Below are positions 10,035 through 19,890 of a DNA stretch of 64,000 bases, one piece after another. The position numbers and the translations under genes are program-made. This DNA is from an uncultured Woeseiaceae bacterium (GTDB taxonomy: Bacteria; Pseudomonadota; Gammaproteobacteria; Steroidobacterales; Woeseiaceae), in assembly GCA_964446495.1 (NCBI GenBank), contig CAYUOY010000001.1, forward strand, positions 17,735 to 81,734, read 5' to 3'. The notes under the pieces were generated by a model. The model saw only the letters and a program-made list of their open reading frames with translations. It had not been told where the DNA came from and searched no databases. Within the stretch, counting starts at the first letter, position 1, and each line of letters begins with the position of its first letter.

Positions 10035-10508
10035 TCAGCCGAGCAACGACTGAACGCCACGATGCAGCGGTAGCGGCACGTCAAGAATCAGGTAGAACAA
10101 AATGAAAACAGTCACGACGATGCCACATGACGTTAATGCGACACGTCCAAAATTCCGCAGACCTAACAGCCAAAGTGCCGCCGCAATAATCAGGAAACTG
10201 CTGAGGAGGTACCCGACCTCACTGGATAGCAGCAGTGTCCACAGCATGAACAATCCCAGGATCACCATGCCGCCGATCATTTGCTGGCCTAGCAATTTTA
10301 AATCAACCGTATCGCGGCGGTGATTTCTGACAGCTTCGATGAACAGGATAACGGCCAGTACAATCACGCATACCGACAACGCTTGCGGATAATCACGGGA
10401 TACGTCGTCGAATGTTCGGCTTTGCGACCAGGCCCACAGGCCGGCTGTGAAAAGAGCAATGCTCAGCCACACATCAATCTTGTAGAGCATCTTCACAAAA
10501 ACGTCCAA
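10035..10508 (-). CDS. tctB: TTT small membrane subunit
   Basis: 157-aa four-TM-like hydrophobic protein sitting between tctC and tctA. Confidence 0.7.
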   Translation of the reverse strand: MDVFVKMLYKIDVWLSIALFTAGLWAWSQSRTFDDVSRDYPQALSVCVIVLAVILFIEAVRNHRRDTVDLKLLGQQMIGGMVILGLFMLWTLLLSSEVGYLLSSFLIIAAALWLLGLRNFGRVALTSCGIVVTVFILFYLILDVPLPLHRGVQSLLG

Positions 10509-10557
10509 CGTCTTTCAGGAGCCGGTTGACGACAGATGCAAGTTAACAGCGGCATAT

Positions 10558-11511
10558 TCACTTTTTGCGCATCGCGTCGATAATGGGTTTGGTCAATGTA
10601 TCGTAGCGGGTGATGACCTCGGTGTAGCCTGACGAATCACGAAAAGCCAGCGGATATCCCTGCGCCCGCATTTTGGCGATGTAGTCCGGGTCCCGATTCA
10701 CGCGCGCGAGCAGGTCGGACAGGTATTCCACCACGATGTCCGGTGTGTCGGCGGGCACAGCCCAGCCGCGAAATGTGCTCCATTGTCGGATCTTCAGGCC
10801 ACCGTCCAGCCAGGTTTCAAGATCGGGCTCGTTTTCCAGGGGTGCGTCGGTTGCCACGCCGAGAAGGCGGACAGTACCCGCATCAACATGTGGTTTTGCT
10901 TCTCCGTAGGACCACAAGGCGGCGTCAACGTGGCCGCCGAGAACGGCCTGGAGTTGCGAGCCAAACCCTCTGGTATGAATGAAGCGCAATTGCAGGTCTG
11001 ACCTCTCCAGTATGGCGAGTCCGGCCAGGTGATGGGAGGTGCCCAGGCCGGCTTCTGCAATCGAAAGTGGTGCCTTGCTGGAAGCCGCAATGAAATCAGC
11101 GATGCTTTTAAGCGGCGAATTGGCTCTTACCGCGATGACTTCGGGGTCCAGAGTATAAAGGGCGACAGCGCGGAAATCGGAGACCTCGTATTCGACCTGC
11201 TTGAGCCTGGGGTTGGTTACCACGGAACTTGTCATGGCCAGAATGGTATAGCCATCGGGATCGGCATTCGCCGCATAAGTCTGGCCGACGACACCGCCGC
11301 CACCGGCACGATTTTCCACCCTGATTACTGCGCCACCAAGGTGTTTTTCCGCAAACTTAGCGATGATGCGGGAGGTGGTGTCAACGGCACCACCCGGCTT
11401 GAACGGCACGATGAGTCGTATGTCCTTCTCGGGAAAGGTCTCCGCGCACGCTGATCCGCCTATCAGCAGCACCAGGACGAATATTACTGCCTGCTTGCAT
11501 ACGTTTTTCAT
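10558..11511 (-). CDS. tctC: TTT periplasmic substrate-binding protein (Bug/TctC family)
   Basis: Signal peptide plus the Bug-family core ..IRLIVPFKPGGAVDTTSRIIA...VENRAGGGGVVGQTYAANADPDGYTIL.. Confidence 0.85.
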   Translation of the reverse strand: MKNVCKQAVIFVLVLLIGGSACAETFPEKDIRLIVPFKPGGAVDTTSRIIAKFAEKHLGGAVIRVENRAGGGGVVGQTYAANADPDGYTILAMTSSVVTNPRLKQVEYEVSDFRAVALYTLDPEVIAVRANSPLKSIADFIAASSKAPLSIAEAGLGTSHHLAGLAILERSDLQLRFIHTRGFGSQLQAVLGGHVDAALWSYGEAKPHVDAGTVRLLGVATDAPLENEPDLETWLDGGLKIRQWSTFRGWAVPADTPDIVVEYLSDLLARVNRDPDYIAKMRAQGYPLAFRDSSGYTEVITRYDTLTKPIIDAMRKK

Positions 11512-11745
11512 AGTGGCGATTCCATTGTCGCGTCATGAATAATTTCAGGCAATCCTGTCCGCAACAGGTGACTCCGATGAGCCGTTTTTCTCATAGCTAT
11601 GGCGGACAGTCAATCGAGATTTCGCCCGAGAAAAAAGCTTGCGAGGGCCGCGGGACCATTTTGAGCCACAGACCAGCCATTCCTTGGGCACGATACGCAA
11701 CAGCCGGCACACCGGGAGGCAGCAGGTCTGGCGCCGGAGCGTCCA

Positions 11746-12765
11746 TTGCGTGAGAATAGGGCAACTGATTCGTACACTATTGTAGGGATATTCACCTTGT
11801 TTTCGAAATCTGACCTGGAAGCGGCCGCGAGCCTTGTTTACCAATACGTTCCGGCAACGGCGCAATATGCCTGGCCATTGCTACAAAAAGAAACGGGTTG
11901 CGAAGTATGGGTTAAACATGAAAACCATACTTCAACGGGCGCATTCAAAGTACGTGGCGGCATTACCTATATAGACTGGCTGAAACGTACCCAGCCAGAT
12001 GTAACTGGCATTGTAACGGCCACGCGGGGCAATCACGGCCAGTCACAGTCGCTCGCCGCAACCCGCGCAGGGCTCACTGCGACAATTTATGTGCCGAAGG
12101 GAAACTCGATTGAGAAAAACGCCGCCATGCGAGCTTTCGGGGGCAATGTCATCGAACATGGCATGGACTTCGAGGAAGCCAAAGATGAGGCGATGCGACA
12201 GGCGGTAGTGAACAACTGGCACGCTGTGCCACCATTTCACCTGGAGATCGCTCGTGGCGTTGCCACCTACGCACTGGAATTATTTACGGCGGCGCCACAC
12301 CTGGATACGGTTTACGTGCCCATAGGGTGTGGATCTGGCATCTGTGCGACGGTTCTGGCGCGTGACGCGCTGGGGCTGAAAACCCGGATCGTCGGCGTGG
12401 TCTCGACTCTGGCAATGGGCGCCAAACTATCGTTCGAGCAGGGGACGCTGGTGGAAACCGATAGTGCGAATACGTTCGCGGATGGGGTCGCCGTGCGTGT
12501 TCCCGTGCCGGAGGCTTTCGAAATCTACGCAAAAGGTGCTGACCGGGTGGTTGCGGTCAGCGAGGAAGAGATTGCCGAGGCGATGAGAATCTACTATCGG
12601 ACCATTCACACGGTGGCTGAGGGTGCCGGGGCGGCGGCGCTGGCCGCGCTGATGCAGGAACGAGACGCAATGACCGGCAAGGCCGTCGGTGTCATTTTGA
12701 CCGGCGGTAACATCGATATGGACAAGTACCTCACGGTGCTGGGTGGCGGCGTGCCGAGTCCCTGA
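11746..12765 (+). CDS. PLP-dependent threonine/serine dehydratase family (no regulatory domain)
   Basis: PLP-lysine motif HTSTGAFKVRGG, then TATRGNHGQS and the glycine-rich loop PIGCGSG. The track start is TTG 11746. An in-frame TTG at 11797 is an equally plausible start. Confidence 0.75.
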   Translation: MRENRATDSYTIVGIFTLFSKSDLEAAASLVYQYVPATAQYAWPLLQKETGCEVWVKHENHTSTGAFKVRGGITYIDWLKRTQPDVTGIVTATRGNHGQSQSLAATRAGLTATIYVPKGNSIEKNAAMRAFGGNVIEHGMDFEEAKDEAMRQAVVNNWHAVPPFHLEIARGVATYALELFTAAPHLDTVYVPIGCGSGICATVLARDALGLKTRIVGVVSTLAMGAKLSFEQGTLVETDSANTFADGVAVRVPVPEAFEIYAKGADRVVAVSEEEIAEAMRIYYRTIHTVAEGAGAAALAALMQERDAMTGKAVGVILTGGNIDMDKYLTVLGGGVPSP

Positions 12766-12798
12766 AGAAATGAATAGTGGCAGGCACGGGTAGATCGA

Positions 12799-13479
12799 AT
12801 GAGTAGTAGCGAAAACGAACCAACGAATCAAGGTACTGGTATGGACGTATCCTCGTTGCGGATCGCTGCAACGGGTCTGACTCTCGAGCATGAGGATCTC
12901 GATGCCGATCCCGTGAAGCAGTTTGCCGACTGGTTTCGACAGGCTTGCGATACGCAGACACTCGAACCGAATGCCATGAGTCTGACGACCGTGGACGAAC
13001 AGCAGAGGCCATTTTGTCGTACCGTTCTGCTCAAATACTTCGACGAAAGAGGGTTCGTCTTCTTCACCAACCAGTCAAGCAACAAAGCGCAGCACATTGC
13101 CGAAAATCCAAACGTTGCCTTGCTGTTTTTCTGGCCCGTACTGGGCCGACAGATTGCCATTCGTGGTACAGCGGACAAAATATCCACTCAGGAAACGATG
13201 CGTTATTTCATGACTCGCCCGCGCGGCAGCCAGATAGGGGCCTGGGTCTCTGTACAGAGTCGCGTCATAACCTCACGCGCACTGCTTGAAGCAAAGTTTG
13301 ATGAAATGAAACGCAAGTTCGCCGACAAGAAGGTGCCGTTGCCTTCGTTTTGGGGTGGATATCGGGTGCGGCCGAGGGAATTTGAGTTTTGGCAAGGTCG
13401 TTCCGATCGATTGCACGATCGATTCTTGTATAGCGACAGGGGTGCAGGTAACTGGGGCATTGAACGGCTGTCGCCGTAG
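12799..13479 (+). CDS. pdxH: pyridoxamine 5'-phosphate oxidase
   Basis: ..EPNAMSLTTVDEQQRPFCRTVLLK..FFTN..S.K..IAENPNVALLFFW..LGRQIAIRG.. and the family-typical C-terminus WGIERLSP. Confidence 0.9.
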   Translation: MSSSENEPTNQGTGMDVSSLRIAATGLTLEHEDLDADPVKQFADWFRQACDTQTLEPNAMSLTTVDEQQRPFCRTVLLKYFDERGFVFFTNQSSNKAQHIAENPNVALLFFWPVLGRQIAIRGTADKISTQETMRYFMTRPRGSQIGAWVSVQSRVITSRALLEAKFDEMKRKFADKKVPLPSFWGGYRVRPREFEFWQGRSDRLHDRFLYSDRGAGNWGIERLSP

Positions 13480-13632
13480 CGTGCGAAAGTAGTGCGGAGA
13501 GCGGCGGCTATGGAAAGACCGGCGCCGTGATAAACTTCGACATGGCTGTTTGATGATGATTTTGCCGACCAAAAACGGTGGCATCAGCCTGGTTCAGCTT
13601 GCCCTGTAACAAAAAACAATAGTGGGGTATCA

Positions 13633-16600
13633 GTGCGCTACTTACGAATACTCATTTATACCCTCGGCGGTACCATAGCGATATTGCTGGTCGCGATACT
13701 GATACTGATCTCCATTGACCTGGGTATGTTCAAAAACCGGGTCGAGGTATGGGTTACAGATTTAATTGGGCGTGAATTTCGAATCGATGGAGAATTCCAC
13801 CTCAACATCGGATCCGATATCGAGTTGTACGTCGAGGATCTGTATCTTGCGAATCCGGAATGGGCTGGCGATGACGCGTTCATCACCACACGCAAAATCT
13901 ATATCGTTGCTGATGTATGGTCGCTGATCTATGGGCCGGTCGAGATCGAACGCCTTGAAATTGATGGCATCAGAGTTCAGGCAGAGCGGAACGAAGCACG
14001 GGAAACCAGCTGGGAATTTGAACGTCTGGCGGTTGCCAACGGATCTGCGGATTCCGGTTTTTTCGGGGATCTGGCTAATGACAATGAGTTCAGCCGCAAA
14101 CTGCCGCTGATACTTGCCACCGCCACGGTCACCGACTCGCAAGTCTCGTACACTACGCCCGCCATGGCGATGCCACTGTCGTTTCTCGCCGATACTTTGC
14201 AGTGGCACATCAAGGATGATGTTCTGACAGTCGACCTCACGGGCTCCCTCAACGGAATGCCGGTCCATGCGACCAAGACCACGTCCCCGGTGAAAAATCT
14301 GATGGCCCTGGAAGATGTGACGATCGATGTCGTCGGCAGCATCGGCGAAATCACGTGGCGGGGCGCCGCGCATGTTGACGACTTGCTAGCGCCGAAGCGG
14401 CCACGTCTGCAGTTTGACCTTGAAGGCCCAAGTGCCAAATACCTTACCGATCTTCTCACGATGGAACCGATAACGGCGGGACCATTGAAAATGTCGGCGA
14501 TGATTGAGGCGGATGGTGAGAGCATGATTGCGACCGCCCAGGGAATTTTCGGTGAATTCACATACGCGCTATCCGGTCGCTTTCAGGATCTTCAGGATGT
14601 GCATCAGTTTGACCTGGATGTTTCAGCAAACGGCCCGGATATGGGCGCGATCATCCGGCTATTCGGTGGTCACTATGATGAAATTGACCCCTACGAAATT
14701 CAGGCAGAAATTCACCGGATTGGCCCAGAGGTGCGTATTGACCGCTTTCAGGTAGACATAGGTGCCAGCCATCTGACGATCGACGGGAGTCTTCCCGATT
14801 TTCGTAGTCCGAAAGGAGCTCGTTTGTCGTTGCGAGCATCAGGCCCGGATTACGGGCGTTTCAATCGGATGCTCCAGATGCCGGGCCGACTTGCGGGACC
14901 GTTCGTGACGGAGCTGGATCTGACGACAGACCTCAGCGGGGCGACCCAGGTTACCCTTAATGCGAGCAGTTCCGATATCAAGATCTCATTTGAGAGCTTG
15001 CTTAGCACGGCGGAGAACTTCGAAGGAACAAGCGGCACATTGGAGATCAGCGGGCCGAATATCGAGGCAATCGCGGCGACCCGCGGAATTGACGGTTTTC
15101 CTGCCGACAAGTTTCTTGTGACGGCGCATGTTGAAAAAGTTCGGGAGGGCTATCTGATACGGGAATTCGAAGCCGTGGTGGACGATGATGTATTCAGATT
15201 CAGCGGCCAGACAGGTGAGTGGCCATTTTGGCGGGGTGCGAACCTGGACATTGATATATCCGGGGTTGATCTGGGTGCGAGCATTTTCGCCGCCCTCGGT
15301 CAGGTCGATCGCGTGCCAAACGGCGCCTTTTACTTGCGAGGCAACGTGCAAGGGCAGGACGACAGGCTCTTGTTAAACGATCTGCAAGCTGCGATCGGAG
15401 ATGCTGAAGAGTATCGTTTCCAGATATCCGGGTCACTGTATCCCGCACAGGATTTCGTCGATAGTCAGGTGAAAATTCGCGCACGCGGTGCGAGCATCGA
15501 GGCACTGGGAGGGCTGGAGGGAATTCCCGATATGCCTTTTGCTGTTGAAGCGTCTGTTCGTCGTGGCGTGTCGAACATTGTTTTCGAGCAGGGGAGCTTC
15601 AAATCCGGAGCGGTCGCTGTGGATTTTTCGGGACATATTGGCGACAAGCCGCTCGATGATGACATGGCGTTGACATTCAATGTATCTGTGCCATCGCTTA
15701 CAGAGGTCATGGCCAAATACGACGTAGTGGTTGACGGCCTGCCCAATGGTGATTTGCTGGCGTCCGGTTCGGTGCTAAAGGAAGCCGGGGTCCTGGCGAT
15801 CGAAGAATTAACGGCATCGATTTCCGGGCTTAGCCTGGAGGCCAGCGGCAAAATTGGTCAACTTCCATCGTTCGTTGACACCAGTATCGACCTGAAATTG
15901 AAGGGTGAAGACCTGTCTCAACTGTGGCCGAAAATAACCTCGAACGGATCGCTGGCACATTCTTTCACCGCCTCGGCCAGTGTGAACGTTGTTGGAAACA
16001 CGTTGCAGATTGAACGTTTGAACGCCAGCTTCGGACCTGCAAAACTGAAAGGAAGTCTCAATTTCAACCTCGACCCGATTCTTGAGAACGGTCGTTTCGA
16101 CCTCACTGTGGATTCCCCGAATGTTAGGCCGTTTTTCCCTCCAACGAAAACGGCGTCTGCGCCGCAAGAAGTGAAGCTGAAGTACCAGGGTACTGGCAAT
16201 TGGTCCGACAATTTTTGGGATTTTGAGCGGTTTCGGCTGGAATTGGGAGAAGGGCATTTTGAGTTACGAGGCACGATCGATGGTCCACCAACCTTCGAAC
16301 AAACGGATCTGTCGGTCGATCTCTTGCTCCCGCACACTTCCAGATTGAGCATGATCGCTGGCCGGGAACTCCCTGATGAGGCGTTGCGTTTGACGGGGCA
16401 TTTGATTGGAACTCGTGAAATCATGTCCATGCAGGATTTCGAGATGAGGTTGGGTGAGAGCGATCTGAGCGGACGGCTCACGATGCAATTCGACGAAATT
16501 CCAGTCGTGAGTGTTGATTTGAGATCGACCTTGTTCGATATTTCAGGGTACTTGCCAGAGACTGGTACTGAATCAGATCCCGAATCGGCTAAAAGTACCG

Positions 16601-17529
16601 GCAAGCTGATTCCAGATATACCACTGCCATTGGAATTCCTGCGTAAATTTAACGCCAACCTGAATATCGATGCCGCCGAGCTGCGAAACGGACCGGCGAA
16701 ATTACTGCACGTCAAGTTAAGTAGTTCGCTGTCATCAGGTGCCCTGACAGTCGAAAACTACTCGTTCGAGACAGTGCGTGGAGGACATTTTCATTTGTCG
16801 GCAAGCTTGCTGCCCAATGACAGGGACGGTGCAGACGTCTTGATAGCCGCCGCTGGTGAACAATTCGTTCTCGGCATCCTGGCGAATGCCCAGCGCGAAG
16901 TGGAGAAGCTACCCCTGTATGACATTGAGACCGAGCTGGCGGCGAGCGGCGCGACCACTCGCGATATGGCTGGATCACTGAATGGATATTTTCATATAGT
17001 TGGTCGTGATGGGCTTGTACCTGCCGGCGCGATGTCCTTGTTCACCGGAGACTTGCTCTCGGAATTGTTGCGGAGCTTGAACCCGTTCGCCAAGAATGAT
17101 TCCTATAATCGAATTGAATGTGCGGTCCTGACAATGGATTTTGATCATGGTGCTGCTTCGGGCGAGCCGGCATTTGTGTTGCAAACCGATAAGCTGCGCG
17201 TTTTCGCGAAAGCAGATGTTGACCTGAAAACAGAGGCATTAGACGTCAATTTTCGCATTGTGCCACGAAAAGGTCTTGGTATCAGTCTCTCGGGACTTGT
17301 CAATCCCTACATCAAACTAACCGGGACATTGACCGAGCCATCCCTGATTCTCGATCCGGAGGGAGCGTTGGTGGAGGGAGGAGTGGCCGTCGCAACGGCG
17401 GGACTCTCGATTCTGGCCAAGGGGCTGAAAGATCGTTATCTTTCTGACCCGGACCCGTGTGGCACTGCGCTGGCGACGGCCAGGGAGGTACAAGCGAAAA
17501 AGGTCGAGGCACGGTCCAGATTGCAGTGA
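13633..17529 (+). CDS. AsmA-family large envelope protein (putative inter-membrane lipid-transfer protein)
   Basis: 1298 aa. A single N-terminal TM anchor (MRYLRILIYTLGGTIAILLVAILILISIDL) is followed by a long beta-rich region. The AsmA-type N-terminus reads ..FKNRVEVWVTDLIGREFRIDGEFHLNIG.. GTG start at 13633. Confidence 0.75.
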   Translation: MRYLRILIYTLGGTIAILLVAILILISIDLGMFKNRVEVWVTDLIGREFRIDGEFHLNIGSDIELYVEDLYLANPEWAGDDAFITTRKIYIVADVWSLIYGPVEIERLEIDGIRVQAERNEARETSWEFERLAVANGSADSGFFGDLANDNEFSRKLPLILATATVTDSQVSYTTPAMAMPLSFLADTLQWHIKDDVLTVDLTGSLNGMPVHATKTTSPVKNLMALEDVTIDVVGSIGEITWRGAAHVDDLLAPKRPRLQFDLEGPSAKYLTDLLTMEPITAGPLKMSAMIEADGESMIATAQGIFGEFTYALSGRFQDLQDVHQFDLDVSANGPDMGAIIRLFGGHYDEIDPYEIQAEIHRIGPEVRIDRFQVDIGASHLTIDGSLPDFRSPKGARLSLRASGPDYGRFNRMLQMPGRLAGPFVTELDLTTDLSGATQVTLNASSSDIKISFESLLSTAENFEGTSGTLEISGPNIEAIAATRGIDGFPADKFLVTAHVEKVREGYLIREFEAVVDDDVFRFSGQTGEWPFWRGANLDIDISGVDLGASIFAALGQVDRVPNGAFYLRGNVQGQDDRLLLNDLQAAIGDAEEYRFQISGSLYPAQDFVDSQVKIRARGASIEALGGLEGIPDMPFAVEASVRRGVSNIVFEQGSFKSGAVAVDFSGHIGDKPLDDDMALTFNVSVPSLTEVMAKYDVVVDGLPNGDLLASGSVLKEAGVLAIEELTASISGLSLEASGKIGQLPSFVDTSIDLKLKGEDLSQLWPKITSNGSLAHSFTASASVNVVGNTLQIERLNASFGPAKLKGSLNFNLDPILENGRFDLTVDSPNVRPFFPPTKTASAPQEVKLKYQGTGNWSDNFWDFERFRLELGEGHFELRGTIDGPPTFEQTDLSVDLLLPHTSRLSMIAGRELPDEALRLTGHLIGTREIMSMQDFEMRLGESDLSGRLTMQFDEIPVVSVDLRSTLFDISGYLPETGTESDPESAKSTGKLIPDIPLPLEFLRKFNANLNIDAAELRNGPAKLLHVKLSSSLSSGALTVENYSFETVRGGHFHLSASLLPNDRDGADVLIAAAGEQFVLGILANAQREVEKLPLYDIETELAASGATTRDMAGSLNGYFHIVGRDGLVPAGAMSLFTGDLLSELLRSLNPFAKNDSYNRIECAVLTMDFDHGAASGEPAFVLQTDKLRVFAKADVDLKTEALDVNFRIVPRKGLGISLSGLVNPYIKLTGTLTEPSLILDPEGALVEGGVAVATAGLSILAKGLKDRYLSDPDPCGTALATAREVQAKKVEARSRLQ

Positions 17530-17642
17530 GCGCAAGAATATCTGCTATGCCGGGGGCAATCGCACGGAAAAGGCGAGCACTGGTCTGACGAATGGTAGTA
17601 TGCGCGCTGTCTTTTGAAGCCATCTTTTCTTCATGAAGCTGA

Positions 17643-19169
17643 TTGATCACGAAACCAGTTGCCGGCGCGGAATTCGGATCATCGAACCGCTACAAATCCA
17701 AACAACATAACTTGCGTGAATTCGACCGGACTATACGAAAGGCACTCTGCAGAATAGTGTACGCGATATCAACTCTTTGGGCCGCAAGGTTCGTTTTCCT
17801 GACATGTGTTGTATTGCTATCGACACGCGTGAGAAGCCAGGAGATTTGGGAAATTCCATTTTTCAACGCCCCCCCGGGCACGGCTGGCCTGGGGGAAAGT
17901 TTTCGATTTGGCCGGAATCCCTATTTGTCGCGCGGTAATGGCGATCAGGAAAAGCTGGATTTGATTCCGCTGTTTTTGTACGAAGGCAAGCTTTTGTTCC
18001 TTCGTGGTACCTCGGCTGGCGTACATATTGTGAAAAACGAGTCGATCGAATTGAATCTTTACAGCAAGTATCGTTTTCAGAAACTGGACCCAAACTGGAA
18101 TACATTTTACGAGGGTCTTGAGAACCGCGAGCAGACGCTGGACGCTGGTATTCAGCTGAAAACGTCCAGAAAATGGGGGCAATTTCATCTTTATTGGATC
18201 GCCGATACGCTCGGCAAACACAATGGCCAGGAAGCACAAGTTAGTTACCGGTACCAATTCGAAACAGGGCGTTGGAAGATTTCACCGTTTGCGAGCTTTA
18301 CCTGGCAGGATGATGATCTCACCAATTACTATTTCGGCGTTAACGAGGCAGAGGCGCAGGCTGGCCGGCCCGCCTATATGCCTGGCAAGTCACAGTGGTT
18401 CGGCTTCGGCCTCAACACAGCCTGGCGTATGAGTGATCGCACGGTATTTTTTGGCAACGTCGGTTTTTCAATTGCCAATTCGGCTGTTTCGAACAGTCCA
18501 CTCGTTGAGGAGCCGTGGTCTTCGCAAGTATTTGTAGGTGCCACCCATATTGTGGGCAATGCTCTGCGGCCCGACTACATCGTCGACAAGGAGCGGCAAG
18601 GCGAGTGGTCGTGGCGGGTCAATTATGGCTATCAGGCAGACGGGAACATCGTCAGTGAAATCGATCAGGGTGAATTTGGCAAGAGCTCGGTCGCGGATAC
18701 GAATATTGCCGGTCTGGCTTTCAGCAAATTACTGTCGGCTGGCAAGCGTATCGACTTTTTGGGAAATATCGCATTGTTCCGGCACCTGGAGGAAGATGAG
18801 GGAAATGGCAATTTCTGGAGTTACGCCACGTATATCAAAGCAAGGGGTAGGGGTTACGCACCTTGGAGTCAGGAAGAGTTGTTTCGTTGGAGCCTGGGCT
18901 TTGGCATGTCCTTTGCGGAAAAAAATCCGATCGTGGAGCAACGCAAGCAGGAGTCGAAAGGCGACAACACCTCGCACTTCCTGAGTTACCTGGAATTGTC
19001 GCTCGATTTTCCTTTAAGAAAGATATCCGGGGCGAAATGGTTACAACGGTGCTACGCGGGAGTCACGCTGGTGCACCGCTCGGGGATCTTCGGATCGTCA
19101 GACCTTTTGGGCGAAGTGTCAGGCGGTTCGGATTGGGTTTCGGCTCATTTTGAGTGTACGCGGGGATGA
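17643..19169 (+). CDS. outer-membrane protein with a MipA/OmpV-like domain plus a ~200-aa C-terminal barrel-like extension (possibly PagL-like)
   Basis: The central part (..LDLIPLFLYEGKLLFLRGTSAGVHI..YWIADTLGKHNGQEAQVSYRYQF..FASFTWQDDDLTNYYFGV..) resembles the MipA/OmpV family. The C-terminal part has alternating beta-strand patterns and GVTLVHRSGIFG..GE. The start is uncertain: the track start is TTG, and an in-frame GTG at 17757 gives a signal-peptide-like N-terminus. Confidence 0.6.
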   Translation: MITKPVAGAEFGSSNRYKSKQHNLREFDRTIRKALCRIVYAISTLWAARFVFLTCVVLLSTRVRSQEIWEIPFFNAPPGTAGLGESFRFGRNPYLSRGNGDQEKLDLIPLFLYEGKLLFLRGTSAGVHIVKNESIELNLYSKYRFQKLDPNWNTFYEGLENREQTLDAGIQLKTSRKWGQFHLYWIADTLGKHNGQEAQVSYRYQFETGRWKISPFASFTWQDDDLTNYYFGVNEAEAQAGRPAYMPGKSQWFGFGLNTAWRMSDRTVFFGNVGFSIANSAVSNSPLVEEPWSSQVFVGATHIVGNALRPDYIVDKERQGEWSWRVNYGYQADGNIVSEIDQGEFGKSSVADTNIAGLAFSKLLSAGKRIDFLGNIALFRHLEEDEGNGNFWSYATYIKARGRGYAPWSQEELFRWSLGFGMSFAEKNPIVEQRKQESKGDNTSHFLSYLELSLDFPLRKISGAKWLQRCYAGVTLVHRSGIFGSSDLLGEVSGGSDWVSAHFECTRG

Positions 19170-19729
19170 ATAACAGCAGGCGTAAGGGGCTGGTGACGGT
19201 GCTCGCGTGTTGCTGGTGTTTGTCCGGTGCCAATCTTGCGCTGGCAGACTGGCAAGCAGATCCGAACGACAGGAAACAGCTGCAGGCCGAGTCGGCAATT
19301 GCACGGTTTAAAGAGAAAATTCCGCGTAGCGCCACGTATTTCGAAAATGCCTATGGCTTTGCTATTCTGCCGGCAGTAACGCGCGCCGCGATCGGCTTTG
19401 GCGGGGCCTACGGGAAAGGCCTGGTGATCGAAGGCGAGACCCTGATCGGCAAGACGGGATTCTGGCAGTTCACGTCCGGATTGCAGCTGGGAGCGAAAAA
19501 CTTCAGCATGATCGTCTTCTTCAAAGACAAGGATGCGCTGGAGTATTTCAAGACCCGCCAAGTACAGTTTACGGGCCAGGCCGGCCTTGATCTTGCCACG
19601 TACGGAGTCGCTGGCACGCCTGCCTACAATGAAGGTGTCGCCATAATAACGCTGACGAATCTGGGGTTGATGGGCGAGTTCTCGTACGGGGGGATCAAAT
19701 TTACTTACCAGGCACTGTCACCGGAATAG
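19166..19729 (+). CDS. SYLF (Ysc84/DUF500) lipid-binding-domain protein, exported
   Basis: ATG 19166 overlaps the upstream stop (ATGA). Signal peptide MNNSRRKGLVTVLACCWCLSGANLALA. Core ..AYGFAILPAVTRAAIGFGGAYGKGLV...GLQLGAKNFSMIVFF... is typical of the SYLF domain. Confidence 0.65.
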   Translation: MNNSRRKGLVTVLACCWCLSGANLALADWQADPNDRKQLQAESAIARFKEKIPRSATYFENAYGFAILPAVTRAAIGFGGAYGKGLVIEGETLIGKTGFWQFTSGLQLGAKNFSMIVFFKDKDALEYFKTRQVQFTGQAGLDLATYGVAGTPAYNEGVAIITLTNLGLMGEFSYGGIKFTYQALSPE

Positions 19730-19890
19730 TGCCACCGTATGGTCTGCGGGCACATTTTGTCAAATAGACCGACCCATCGGCTATTACGTATACCAAGATA
19801 GCCTTGTCGGCTTGTATATTCCTGAGGCATAACTGCAGTTATTCGACGTCGCTAATGATGCCCATGGCGCTACGGCGGAGGCTTTGAGAA

